Positions 1 to 10,259 of a stretch of DNA of 32,000 bases are shown here, piece after piece; position 1 is the stretch's first letter, and each line of letters starts with the position of its first letter. Position numbers and translations under genes: made by a program. The notes beneath the pieces are model-generated. The model made no database searches and was not told the origin of the DNA. It saw only the letters and a program-made list of their open reading frames with translations. Origin of the DNA: Candidatus Saccharimonadota bacterium (GTDB lineage Bacteria > Patescibacteriota > Gracilibacteria > Absconditabacterales > Absconditicoccaceae); NCBI GenBank assembly GCA_965231145.1, contig OZ246420.1:870001-902000 (forward strand), written 5' to 3'.

Positions 1-1
1 G

Positions 2-1657
2 CTCCAGCGTGGAGTTAACGAATATATTACTATTGTGACGAACAATAAAGATGCAGCATCTGATGCTATCATTTCTCATGCAGAAGATTGGTCTATGGTG
101 CAAGATAAGCTTGGCACAGAAAACTTTGATATTGCATCGCTTCCGCTTAGCTCATGGCAGACATTGCATGAACAATATGACAAAAAAAGAGCTGAGTACC
201 AAGCGAGCATGGGTGAACGTAAGGCGCTAGAAACACAACAACTACAGACTTCTCAGGAAATTGAGAAGTTGAAAGAGCAAAGAGCAAAGAGCAAAATTAT
301 GATTGAGAATCTCGAGAACAAGCTAAATACTGACAATAGTACTATCATCAAAGATTTTGTGATCAAAAAGCAGGACCTGCTTGCTCAGCAGGAGCTTATT
401 ACTCATGAACTACCGCTAGAAGCACTTGGTCTCAGCAATGTCTACGAACTCAATACATATATCATCGAGCTGGTTCAAAAAGGAAAAGATCTCGCAAGCA
501 AGAAAGAACAAAGCAAGCAAAAATTAGACTATCTCGAAAACGATCTTAAGAAGATCGATGAACGTAAAAACGGTATTGCGCAGCAATTAGCTATTGTAGA
601 TGAGTCGCGCTCAAAACAACAGTTTTTCTGTACAAAGATTGAAGACAACTGTCCATTTTTGGAGCAGATAAACCAAGGAATGTTTAAACGTCTCGATGAA
701 CAAAAGTCTCTTTTAGAAAAAGAGTTAGCATGACTCGATAAAGAAAAAATAGAGGCCGAACGCATCAAAGCAACCAAGGAATTAGAAGATGCAAAGGACG
801 CCTATGATCGTGCCATTGAAGAGTATAAAAAATATGATTTCAAGAAAATAAAAGAACAGATAGATGAATATAGCAAGCTTGATAGAGAACGCGGTGAAGT
901 CGATAAGAAAATAACCGTGCTTGATAAAGAAAAAGAATTACAGGAGGGTTATAGGACCGAGATCATACAGCTGCAGTCTCAGATAAAAAGCAATGAAGAA
1001 AGCATGAGCACCTTGAATACTCACTTAGTAAAGCTTGATACGCAGCTCAAGAAATTGCAAGAGACAACAAACATTAATGAGCTCGACAAAGTAGAAGCAA
1101 TGCTCTCCTCTATCGCGAGAGCGACGAAGATCCTTGAGTGAATAAAAGATCTCGTCGAGACACATAAGAATAATATGCTTCTCATTAAGCAGCTCGAAGA
1201 GAGAGAAGCGATGCTTGGACAGCTCTATACGATCTTTAGTAAAGAGATCATGATCCATGTACTGCAGCAAACGCTGCCACTTTTTGCCGATGTGTTGAAT
1301 AATTTATTAGCGAAGGTAGTAGAGTATACTGTCAGCTTTGAGACAAAAAATACCGGAGAGAAATTAGAGCTCGAGATTAAGGTACATGATGCCAAGGGAG
1401 AAAGACTCGTGAAATCACTTTCGGGAGGACAAAAAACTATCCTCAGGCTCACATGGACGCTTGCTATCTGTATTTTCACTCGCAGCAATGCGCTCTTCCT
1501 CGACGAAACGATTAATAATATCGACAAAGAAACCATAGGAAAAGTCGCTGACCTTATCGATGATTTCACGAAAACACACGATATTATGTTCTATATTATC
1601 ACACACTCAGAGACTATTCAGGAGATGGAGATTTGGGATAAGGTGATTAGTCTTTAA
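2..1657 (+). CDS. SbcC/Rad50-like SMC-family ATPase, C-terminal portion (5' end lies left of the window)
   Basis: Track ORFs 35-733, 917-1141 and 1175-1657 share one frame and are separated only by in-frame TGA (731-733, 1139-1141). The frame is open from nt 2. A long E/K/Q/L-rich coiled coil is followed by the ABC signature LSGGQK and Walker B ALFLDE. TAA at 1655-1657. Confidence 0.75.
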
Positions 1658-2769
1658 AGCAAATTATTCGGCTGAAGAAATTTTTCTTTCATAGCAACAT
1701 TCAACTGGGAATAAAGATGTTTAATTTCTTTTTCATGGTTAAATTTCTTCCAATCTTCAAAAATAAGTCCTGTTGTCATAGTCAGATGTCGTAGTTTATA
1801 GTTTCACTGAGGCAGAGATCACATATTTTCGCTATATTGTTTCATGGTCTCATCTTTACGAACATTATGACTCACTCACCTATCCAACAATTTATAAAGA
1901 TGTTGTTCAAAAGCCTTGTAGACTTCCGCTCCTGTTTTTTGTGATAAAAAGTCTTCTTTTATACCATTTATAGTGACAAATCCTTTTCTCGAGTGCGATG
2001 TACTTTTCACATCAATACAATAGACAGGAACTTGCTCAAATCAATTTTTCATCGCATATCATTTATCTATAACCACAATATCTGTTTTATAGTACTGATC
2101 GAGAAGTACAGAAAACTCCTTCAATGCCCTAAAATCAAGCACAATATAATTCCCTCTAAAGCTGGGTTGTAAGAAAAATCACAGCGCTAATGCATGAGAT
2201 AATATTCCTCCTATATTTGCCTGATCACAGTAAAGATCAAGAGTTTGTAATATAGATTGAATTTCACTGGTTCAGAGAGGAGCCTTATTTTTTATAAGAT
2301 GTTCATATAAGACTACTGCCAATGACTGTTGAAAAAATATAGTTTTTGAAACTTTATATTGTTTTTCATGATATAATTCGTGACCACCGCTCTCTTTATT
2401 GAGAGCCACATAGAATGTCTTTAACTCTTCATTCAATTTTTTCTTACTTTGCTCAAGAAGCAATACAATTTTTTTAGCAATTTCTTCTTGCACCTTATGA
2501 TAAGTCTTATTATTTACTGTCATATTCTTCACAATACGAGCACGAGTATCTTCGTCAATTTCTACAGACGCGAGTTTTCATGGAATAATACTTTCTCTAT
2601 GAGAAATTTTATCGACCTTCGATCATTCATCAGAAATAGGCAAATTATCTTTTTGCATCATCTCAGAAAAGATTCTCTCTTCTTCTTTATATGTATTAAT
2701 ATTATTATTAGCTCCCATGGCACCAGAAAGATAACACAATAACAAAAACACTATATCCTTAGCAGACAT
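1654..2769 (-). CDS. hypothetical exported protein (371 aa)
   Basis: ORF 2272-2532 extends in frame through several TGA codons in both directions. ATG at 2769, TAA at 1654-1656 (4-nt convergent overlap with the previous gene). The N-terminus MSAKDIVFLLLCYLSGAMGA looks like a signal peptide. No family recognised. Confidence 0.55.
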
Positions 2770-2787
2770 AATGTCAATGCATATGAT

Positions 2788-5196
2788 TTACAGCTTAATA
2801 TTTTGTGTATTCTGACACTCTGGATACTTGTTACATGCAAGGAAGTAACCACGCTTTGATTTCTTCACATGCATCACTCATTTTCCGCATTTTTCACATG
2901 TAACTCCTCCACATTTTGCTTCAAGTTCTTCCATCTTTTCATCCGGTATCGAAGAGATCCATTTTACCTTTGGATACTCAGATGATGTCAGAAACGGTCC
3001 AAATCTTCCCATCCTTACGACGATTGTTCCACCCTCCGGACATGGCTTCCCTTCATACTTTTCACGAAGCGGCTCAAGTGTGTCTTTTTCTTCCTGTGAC
3101 TTTTCTATGTAATCACACTCTGGATATCTACTACAACCAATAAACTTTCCAAAGCGCGTAAACTTATACACAAGATCTCACTCTTCACATTTCGGGCATT
3201 TTCTTCCTACTGGTACAATCTCCTTATCTCCTTTCTTCGCTTCCGCTATAGTCTTATCAAATCCTTCATAGAACTCTTTCATCATAGCAACCCATCATTT
3301 TTTTCATTCAGCAATAGTGTCTAATTCGTTTTCCATCTTCGCCGTGAACTCATAGTTCATCAGATTGACAAAATGCTTATCAAGGAAGTCTATAACCAGA
3401 AATGCTATCTCAGTCGGATGAAGCTTCTTATCTTCTTTTTTAAGGATGTATCCTCTATCTTGGATAGTTGAAATAGTTGGTGCGTATGTTGATGGACGAC
3501 CGATACCGTATGATTCAAGTGCTTTTACGAGAGTCGCTTCACTGTATCTTGCTGGCGGACGTGAAAATGATTGTGCTGCAATGATCGCTTTTGTATGGAG
3601 TGAAGTTCCCTTTTCAATGTTCGGAAGAGTTTGTTCTCCTCCTTCCTCTTCTTCTTCATCTCTTCCGTAGAGCACAAGAAAACCTGGAAATACGACACGA
3701 AGTCCTTTTGCTACCCACTCTTGCTTTGTCCCTTCAGGATTGAATGTATATGTAGTGCTCAGTAATTTTGCACTCGACATCTGTGAGGCAACTGTACGAG
3801 CCCAGATAAGTTCATAGAGCTTCAGTTCTTGTCATCCAAGCCCACTCGACGCTGGGATACGATCAATATATGTTGGTCTGATCGCCTCGTGCGCTTCCTG
3901 TGCATTTTTACTTTTTGTTGCAAATTTTCTGACCGTCAGATATTCTTTTCCATAGGCATCCTCAATATATTTTGCTGCAGCATTGATCGCAAGTCCTGAA
4001 AGATTAACGCTATCTGTTCTCATATAGGTAATGAAACCACTTTCGTAAAGCTTCTGTGCCGTCATCATGACCTGTTTTACTGATCGTCAGAGCCTTGATG
4101 CTCCGGCTTGTTGGAGGGTTGACGTAGTGAACGGTGCGGCTGGGTTTCTGGTAGTAGTTTTTTCCCCGATATCCGTGAGTGAAAAATGGCTATCAGCCGT
4201 GTAAGTATGTATCAGTGAGCCAGTCTTTTCGTTCGTTTTGATCTCAGGATTCATATGACTCGTAAGAGTTTTCACCATCGACTCGGCATCAGCAAGCGTA
4301 GGAAGTTCCACAGATTTTCCAGCATCTTTTATGAGCTCACAAGCTAAAGAACTGTTTTTATACTCAAGATTTGTTTTCAGCGTCCATGACTCTTGTGGTA
4401 CAAACTTCTGAATCTCTTTTTCTTTTTCTACGATCAACTTCACCGCTACTGACTGCACACGTCCCGCTGAAAGACCACGTCTTATCTTCGTCCAAAGTAC
4501 TGGTGACACATTAAATCAAACCAGACGATCGAGCACACGTCTTGCCTGCTGTGCATCTACTAGGTTCATATCTATGCTTCTTGGCTTTTCTACTGCAGCA
4601 TGTATGGCTTCCTTCGTAATTTCATGAAACACAATACGTGATGTTTTTTTGATATCCAAATTTAACGCCTGGGCTACATGCCATGCGATTGCTTCTCCCT
4701 CGCGGTCCTCATCGGTTGCAAGCCAGACTTTCTTTGCAACTTTTGCATCTCTTTTGAGCTCTGCGATAACTTTTTTCTTTTCCTCAGAAATCTCGTACGT
4801 CGGTGCAAAATTGTTTTTCACATCTATACCGAGCGTTTTTTGCGGCAAATCAGACACATGTCCAAACGACGCTTTTACTTCCCGGTCTTTTCCTAAAAAT
4901 CACTTAATGGTTTTTCCTTTTGCAGGAGACTCTACGATGACCAGATTTCTTCCCGTCACATCGACTCCCGATAACGAATATGATCTCGGCGCAGCCTTTT
5001 TATCAGAAGGCTTTTCTGCCGTTTTTTTTGCTGCTTTAGTCGTTGTTTTCTTCGCAGCTCTTTTTGCGGGCGCTTTTTTTGCTTTACTCGCTATAACACC
5101 TTCTATCATGCTTTCTGTAGTGTCGCCTCATGCAACAGTTGCCTTTTTTGCTTTCGCAGCGCTTCCGGCAGAACGCGTTGTTTTCTTTACTGGCAT
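2788..5196 (-). CDS. topA: DNA topoisomerase I with Lys/Ala-rich N-terminal extension
   Basis: Six same-frame minus ORFs (2878-3171, 3304-3780, 3832-4068, 4087-4509, 4516-4857, 4900-5109) are joined only by TGA. Motifs: Toprim [42 protein letters not shown], and C-terminal zinc ribbons ([32 protein letters not shown]). ATG at 5196, TAA at 2788-2790. Confidence 0.95.
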
Positions 5197-5338
5197 ATAT
5201 CCAAAGATCGTTTAAGGAATACAAAATGAATTTGTAATATAGGCAATAACACAGTAATTGCAAGAAAGGATACTCTTTGTGCTCTAAAAATAAGAAATAA
5301 TAGCATAATATGATCTTATTATTTGCGCTCAAGGATTG

Positions 5339-5366
5339 TTGACTTAATGCTTCATTTATGTAATAT
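5339..5366 (+). promoter_or_regulatory. sigma70-like promoter for the 922-aa orphan gene
   Basis: TTGACT (5339-5344), 16-nt spacer, TAATAT (5361-5366). The first in-frame ATG after it is at 5380. Confidence 0.45.
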
Positions 5367-5379
5367 ATGCTTTCTTACT

Positions 5380-8148
5380 ATGAGCCACGTATGTATGAGC
5401 ATAGAAGCCATCTGAAACAGAGAAGAAACGAATATACATGCAGAGCTTTTCGGCATCTTTTCTCGTATGAAGAAAGAACTCCTTAGCCTACAATTTCTCG
5501 ACACAAATGACTATAAGAAATTTATCTCTATTGTGCTGACATACAGAGATCTGCTCACAGATTTTTACTTTGAGCACGACTTGGCACTGGGGGATTCTTT
5601 TAGTGATCAAATTATCAAAGAAGGCGAACAGACTGAAAAAGGATGAAAATATGGACCAATCATGAATCTCCTCCGTAAAGATCACACTAATCCACATGGA
5701 CAGTTATCTTTGGAAAATAGCGAAAAACTAGATGATATTTTCATGACCGTTCTTCATGGACAAAGCTCCACCAGTAATCTTTTAGATAAATTAATAACCA
5801 GTGATAAAACTGATGTTGTTGACGCCACACGTAAGTTTTTTACGTTTTATCTTTCGCAATTATTATGGAGTCTTTCTTATATACAAGAGGATGCAACGGT
5901 AATAGGAATTACAGATGAGACCAAACTCTCATTAGGTAATAATCTGAAGCTGCTTTCATTTGATATCAATAACAAAACGAATGCTTCCGAAAATAATGAT
6001 GTAAACTATGAAACAGTCGATTCTATTTTTCCCCATGTGTACGTCAGAAATCCAGAACATCAAGCAAATATCTTTCTTGGATACGACGCAGCACAAAAGC
6101 GCATACAAACGATACAGGAAAAAAATGCTATTAAAAAAGCTATCGAAGAAGGAGACGAATCACAAAGACTCCAAAATCCCGAAAATGGCCAGGCAAGAAC
6201 TCTTCCTACAGACATAACTTCTCTTAAGATTCTTACCAAGGAAGAACTTCCACAAAAGGAGCTTATCTATCAGAGAGTTCTAGCTTTGCGGGATTGTAAT
6301 TGATGGCTTTTTGGTCATACAGAAGGCGTCCAAACAGATCCTGCTGCACAACCTGTTGCAGAGAAAAGAGGTCGAAAACAATTTCTGAAACAAGTAGCTT
6401 ATGTCGAAGAAAAAATGCAATGACTTCCTGAAGGCATTGCAGTCAAAGAAATAGACACCATTATCTTTCGCCTACTTCATCCTTTGTATAAAAAGAATCG
6501 CAATATACAAAGGCGTACACCATTTTACCTGCCTTCATCCTGAAAGAAGTATGGAGCAAGAGCATTTTCTGAACAACTTATAAGAAAATATTGCTCGGTT
6601 CTTGGCGAAGTGAATGCACACCGTCAGAGAGGAAATAGAGAACCCAGCAAAATGTATGCACGAAAGTATGAAAGCATTAAACAATTTTGCGACAATCAAC
6701 GAAAAGAAAAATTAGCAGCTATCGAAAAAAAAGGACAACAGCTCTTCCATACAGATGAATCCATAGCCAAAAATTTATGGCGTGCACTTGGACATACTAT
6801 GTTTTCTGATGGAGATAAAGCTACCGTCATGGCACATCAGCTTCTTATGGAAGCTCCTCGGCTTGAAATGAGGGATATACAAGAACTAGTAGATGAATTT
6901 CTCAGTACGAGAGAACTGTTACAAGAGACAAAACAAAATCTCAGCGCTGCCATAGATAAAGTGGATCGTCCTCAAATAGTAAGAGAAATACAGCAAGAAG
7001 TACAAGCAGAGCGAAATGACAAATTTGTACATGACGAAAAAACTATTCAGCATATCTATTATGCAATTTTGCATCAAATAATAAATAATGCAAATATTGT
7101 TCGAAATGGGAACAAAGAAAGACAAGATTCAACTTTTGCCTCTCTCGATCTACTCCATGAAGTCTTTACTGATATGCTTATTGCTGACAGCATAGATACA
7201 AAGTGTTTAGATAAAGCTTATCAGCAGGTCTATATGCACTATAGAGCAACAGGCATAGATGCATATGGCATACAAGATATCCTTGCTCATATCAAAAAAA
7301 AGTTATCTCCCGGCATGAAAATAGATGTAGAAGATATGACTAAAGTATTGCAACGTAATTACGATGAGTATGTAAAGAATAAGATATATATTACCGGACA
7401 CGAGTATAGAGGTGCGCACTATGAGGAATTAGCAGATATTTTTGGTGTAAAACTTACTTTGCGCAAGAAAAAAACAATGGAAGACCTCCTTGTGGAGCAA
7501 ATACATACTCCTCAGAAAATAGAAGCTATAGACTATATTGGGAATAGCTATGCACAAAGATGGGGAATGGAAGACTGGACTATCGATGATACCCAAAAGC
7601 ATCTCCAAGAAAATGGATCACTTATGCTTCCCGAAAATGCAAGAGCTCAAGATATTCGCGAAATTAAAGACATAACTCCTGACCAATGGTTAGACATTGA
7701 TAGCATCGTACCTATAGGAGACTCTATCCCCCAGTTGCATTTTCAATCTCATGCAAATCGATCGAAAAATGGCATGATGGAAGGGAATTATGTGCTTTGG
7801 TATAACGCGCAAACCGGCATGCTCGAACTCGTATATGATACTACCTTGAGAACTCATTATGATATTATGGAACAGTATAATCTGCATCCTTCCTCTATAC
7901 TGGGAGGTGGTTATGCAACTATTAATAAAGGACTGCAAGAAATATTACTTGAGTCCTATATGCCGACATTCCTCCACGAGCCAAGAATCATCTCTGTAGT
8001 AGCATTTAAAAATGCTTTCAAAGAAATACTACCAGACGCAAAAATCATTATCGGTGAAGATGGCATGCAAAATATCGAACATCATTTCGATAGAGAATAC
8101 GATAAACCCAAAGAGCCTGTAGAAAACCCTGACGAATTGCCATTCTAA
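5380..8148 (+). CDS. large hypothetical cytoplasmic protein (about 922 aa), no recognisable domain
   Basis: ORFs 5662-6303 and 6610-8148 are in the same frame. The frame stays open from before 5347 to TAA 8146-8148, with TGA at 5413, 5644, 6301, 6421 and 6541. Candidate starts are ATG 5347, 5380, 5395 and 5467; 5380 was chosen because it follows a TTGACT-N16-TAATAT promoter. No signal peptide or TM segment. Confidence 0.6.
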
Positions 8149-8151
8149 TCT

Positions 8152-8179
8152 AAAAAACAGCCCTTAATGGGCTGTTTTT
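8152..8179. terminator. bidirectional rho-independent terminator between convergent genes
   Basis: aaaaaacagccc-ttaat-gggctgttttt: a GC-cored stem flanked by an A-run and a T-run, between stops at 8148(+) and 8195(-). Confidence 0.8.
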
Positions 8180-8194
8180 AGTATTTATCTGTTA

Positions 8195-9061
8195 TTACTG
8201 TAACCAAGGTGCGATAACCTGAGTGAAGGTTGCTGCCGGATATGCTCCGGCAATAAGAGTCCACTCACCTGTTTCATTGTTGATAATAAGGTTACCTGGG
8301 GTTCCTGTTGAATTAAATCCGACTGCCTCTTTCCAGTTTGCCGCATAGACTGATGCGAGCTCTTTTGTATCGAGACATGAGCTGAAATTCTTTTGATTGA
8401 GACCAAGCTTTGTTGCAAGGCTTACAACCTGAGATGTAGGAACGAGTGTTTCTGGAGTTGAACCACCCATGATAGCATCAAAAAGTCCATAATATGCATC
8501 CGCTCCTCCAAGCTTTCCAGCACAAAGTATAGCGAGTGATTTATATTCAGTTCCCTGATGATTTACACCCTGAACCACTTTTGCAATGTGATTCACATTT
8601 CCTTCAAAGCTTGCCATCACCGTGCTGATAGTCTTATCGTTGTGATGCCTGATACAAAATGGACATTCAGGGTCACTATATTCTACGATAGTCACTTTTG
8701 CATCTTTGTTTCCTGCAACATATGCGTCCTTCTTGACAGCAGCAAGCTGGTCTGGAGTAAGCTTTCCTGTAGGAAACTGTCCTGCTGCAGTATCTCCCTG
8801 GTCTTGAGCTGCTGGTTGCTGACCATTCATCTGAGCAAGTGCTTGTGAGATCTGTTGTTTCTGAGCACTCTTAAATCCTTCTGACTCATATAAAGTCTTT
8901 AACGTCGCATAGTTTTCCATACCTCCGACCTTGATCGCCTCGCTCTTTTCGATTTCTTGATGAATGTATGTCTTGATAGCAAAGAATTGCAATGCGAGAC
9001 CGATAAGCGTCAAAAGGGATATCACAAGTAATACAACGTGTACGGTATTTTCTTTTTTCAT
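8195..9061 (-). CDS. membrane-anchored DsbA-family thiol:disulfide oxidoreductase
   Basis: N-terminal TM helix (VHVVLLVISLLTLIGLALQFF), then a thioredoxin-fold region with the active site SDPECPFCIRHH. ATG at 9061 is preceded by GGAG; the track start at 9073 is TTG. TAA at 8195-8197. No TGA codon. Confidence 0.85.
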   Translation of the reverse strand: MKKENTVHVVLLVISLLTLIGLALQFFAIKTYIHQEIEKSEAIKVGGMENYATLKTLYESEGFKSAQKQQISQALAQMNGQQPAAQDQGDTAAGQFPTGKLTPDQLAAVKKDAYVAGNKDAKVTIVEYSDPECPFCIRHHNDKTISTVMASFEGNVNHIAKVVQGVNHQGTEYKSLAILCAGKLGGADAYYGLFDAIMGGSTPETLVPTSQVVSLATKLGLNQKNFSSCLDTKELASVYAANWKEAVGFNSTGTPGNLIINNETGEWTLIAGAYPAATFTQVIAPWLQ

Positions 9062-9087
9062 GAACAACTCCAATAAGAGATTAAAAA

Positions 9088-9483
9088 TTACTGATTAGCT
9101 CCTGTCATAGTTTCATCTGTAGGCATAGCTTCTTCTGTATCAGTGTCAGCACTTGTAGAAGGAGTCATAGTTTCATCTTCCATATTCCCCCCCATCATAC
9201 CACCTTGTGCCTGCATCTGCTTGTATGTTTCGATCTGAGACTGAATCTGATCTACTTGCTCACCAAATACCGATGCGTTATCCATATATATCTTCTTTAG
9301 TTGCTCATATTTCTCATGTCCTCCTACTTTCATAGACTCAACATTTTCAACACCTCTTTGCACCATAGTTGGAAGCGTAAGATATGTCAAAGCAGAAAAA
9401 GCAGCCGCAACAATAGCAAAAATAAGAGCAGCAGTAGCAACACCGTTTGTGTTTCTTACTGTCGTAGTGTTCATATCATTCAT
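9088..9483 (-). CDS. small membrane-anchored protein sharing the N-terminal module of the adjacent DsbA-like protein, with an acidic T/D/E/M-rich tail
   Basis: ATG at 9483, TAA at 9088-9090. TM helix VATAALIFAIVAAAFSAL. VENVESMKVGGHEKYEQLKKIY aligns with IEKSEAIKVGGMENYATLKTLY of the downstream gene. Confidence 0.65.
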   Translation of the reverse strand: MNDMNTTTVRNTNGVATAALIFAIVAAAFSALTYLTLPTMVQRGVENVESMKVGGHEKYEQLKKIYMDNASVFGEQVDQIQSQIETYKQMQAQGGMMGGNMEDETMTPSTSADTDTEEAMPTDETMTGANQ

Positions 9484-9610
9484 GATAGTACCATATAAGA
9501 GAATAAAAAGCTCTTCACTCTAGCATTTTGATGCCCAAAAATCAAGTTGTCTGACAAAAAACAGATTGACAAACCACACAAAGAAAATGTGGAGCTTAAG
9601 AAAAACTTAA

Positions 9611-9648
9611 GTAACAAAAAACGGACATTGATGTCCGTTTTTTGTTAC
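9611..9648 (-). terminator. long perfect hairpin at the 3' end of the PLDc_N/zinc-ribbon gene
   Basis: gtaacaaaaaacggacat-tg-atgtccgttttttgttac, an 18-nt inverted repeat overlapping the TAA at 9645-9647. Confidence 0.65.
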
Positions 9649-10109
9649 TCTTCGGTATTTGGCGCTCCACACGATGGGCAGAACTCATAGTGAAGCTGAT
9701 AGTGATGCTTGCACTCTTTACACTTGACGGTAAGCTCGCTTCCGCATGATATACAGTAGTCATGAAACAATGGATTTCTGCTTCCACAGCCATAACATTG
9801 GACTATTTGCAATGCTAAAGCCTCTCTCCATCCAAGACGATCCCACTTGTATCTGATCGGTCTGAAAAGAAGATAGAGTGGCAATCCCACGATCGGTGTT
9901 CCTACTCATACAAGAAGGATACAGATAATCTGGACGAAGACATTATTTGTTCTTGCCCCGATATCCTTCATCGTCCACAGGATCACTATGACCCACAAAA
10001 ACAATACAACCCCAACCGTCCATGAAAAAATTTGATCATTACCCTGCATTGCCTGAGCTATTGGCTGCATAAATGGCCAATTCATAATAGCTTGGAACAT
10101 CTTATACAC
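9645..10109 (-). CDS. membrane protein with PLDc_N-like N-terminal domain and C-terminal double zinc ribbon
   Basis: ORFs 9906-10109 and 9645-9890 are joined by TGA at 9906-9908. Two TM helices, with GLPLYLLFRPIRYKW typical of the short PLD N-terminal membrane domain. The C-terminus carries CYGCGS..CISCGS and CKECKH..CPSCGA. The start is GTG 10109 or ATG 10100. TAA at 9645-9647. Confidence 0.6.
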
Positions 10110-10227
10110 TTACTTACTAAAAGTAATTTTACATTTGAAATGTTAAATATGGAGTACCATGTTGTATTTATCATTTAACATATCCTCTCATTTCTTTAAT
10201 AATTTACCAATGATTGCTCCTCATGTA

Positions 10228-10257
10228 ATTTAGAATTCAACATTTAGAATTTAGAAT
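10228..10257. repeat. 30-nt intergenic repeat, copy 1 (atttagaattcaacatttagaatttagaat)
   Basis: Its reverse complement matches 15577-15606 at 29 of 30 positions. Lies immediately 3' of the rel stop. Internally period-7 (aattcaa/catttag/aatttag/aatttct). Confidence 0.8.
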
Positions 10258-10259
10258 TT

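Noticed and set aside
629-652. Possible Rad50/SbcC zinc hook in FFCTKIEDNCPF
   Set aside because: The two cysteines are separated by 6 residues rather than forming the CxxC hook, so the motif cannot be claimed.
4649-5215. 188-aa plus-strand ORF (and 4678-4896) opposite topA
   Set aside because: Antisense shadow of the Lys/Ala-rich topA 5' region. It is a low-complexity F/A/S-rich product with no start context. The same reasoning applies to 3446-3670, 2916-3143, 16387-16812, 16679-16915, 17675-17986 and 8558-8848.
6301-6543. Three TGA codons spaced exactly 120 nt apart (6301, 6421, 6541), suggesting a 40-codon repeat
   Set aside because: The three 39-aa segments between them show no sequence similarity, so this is most likely coincidence.
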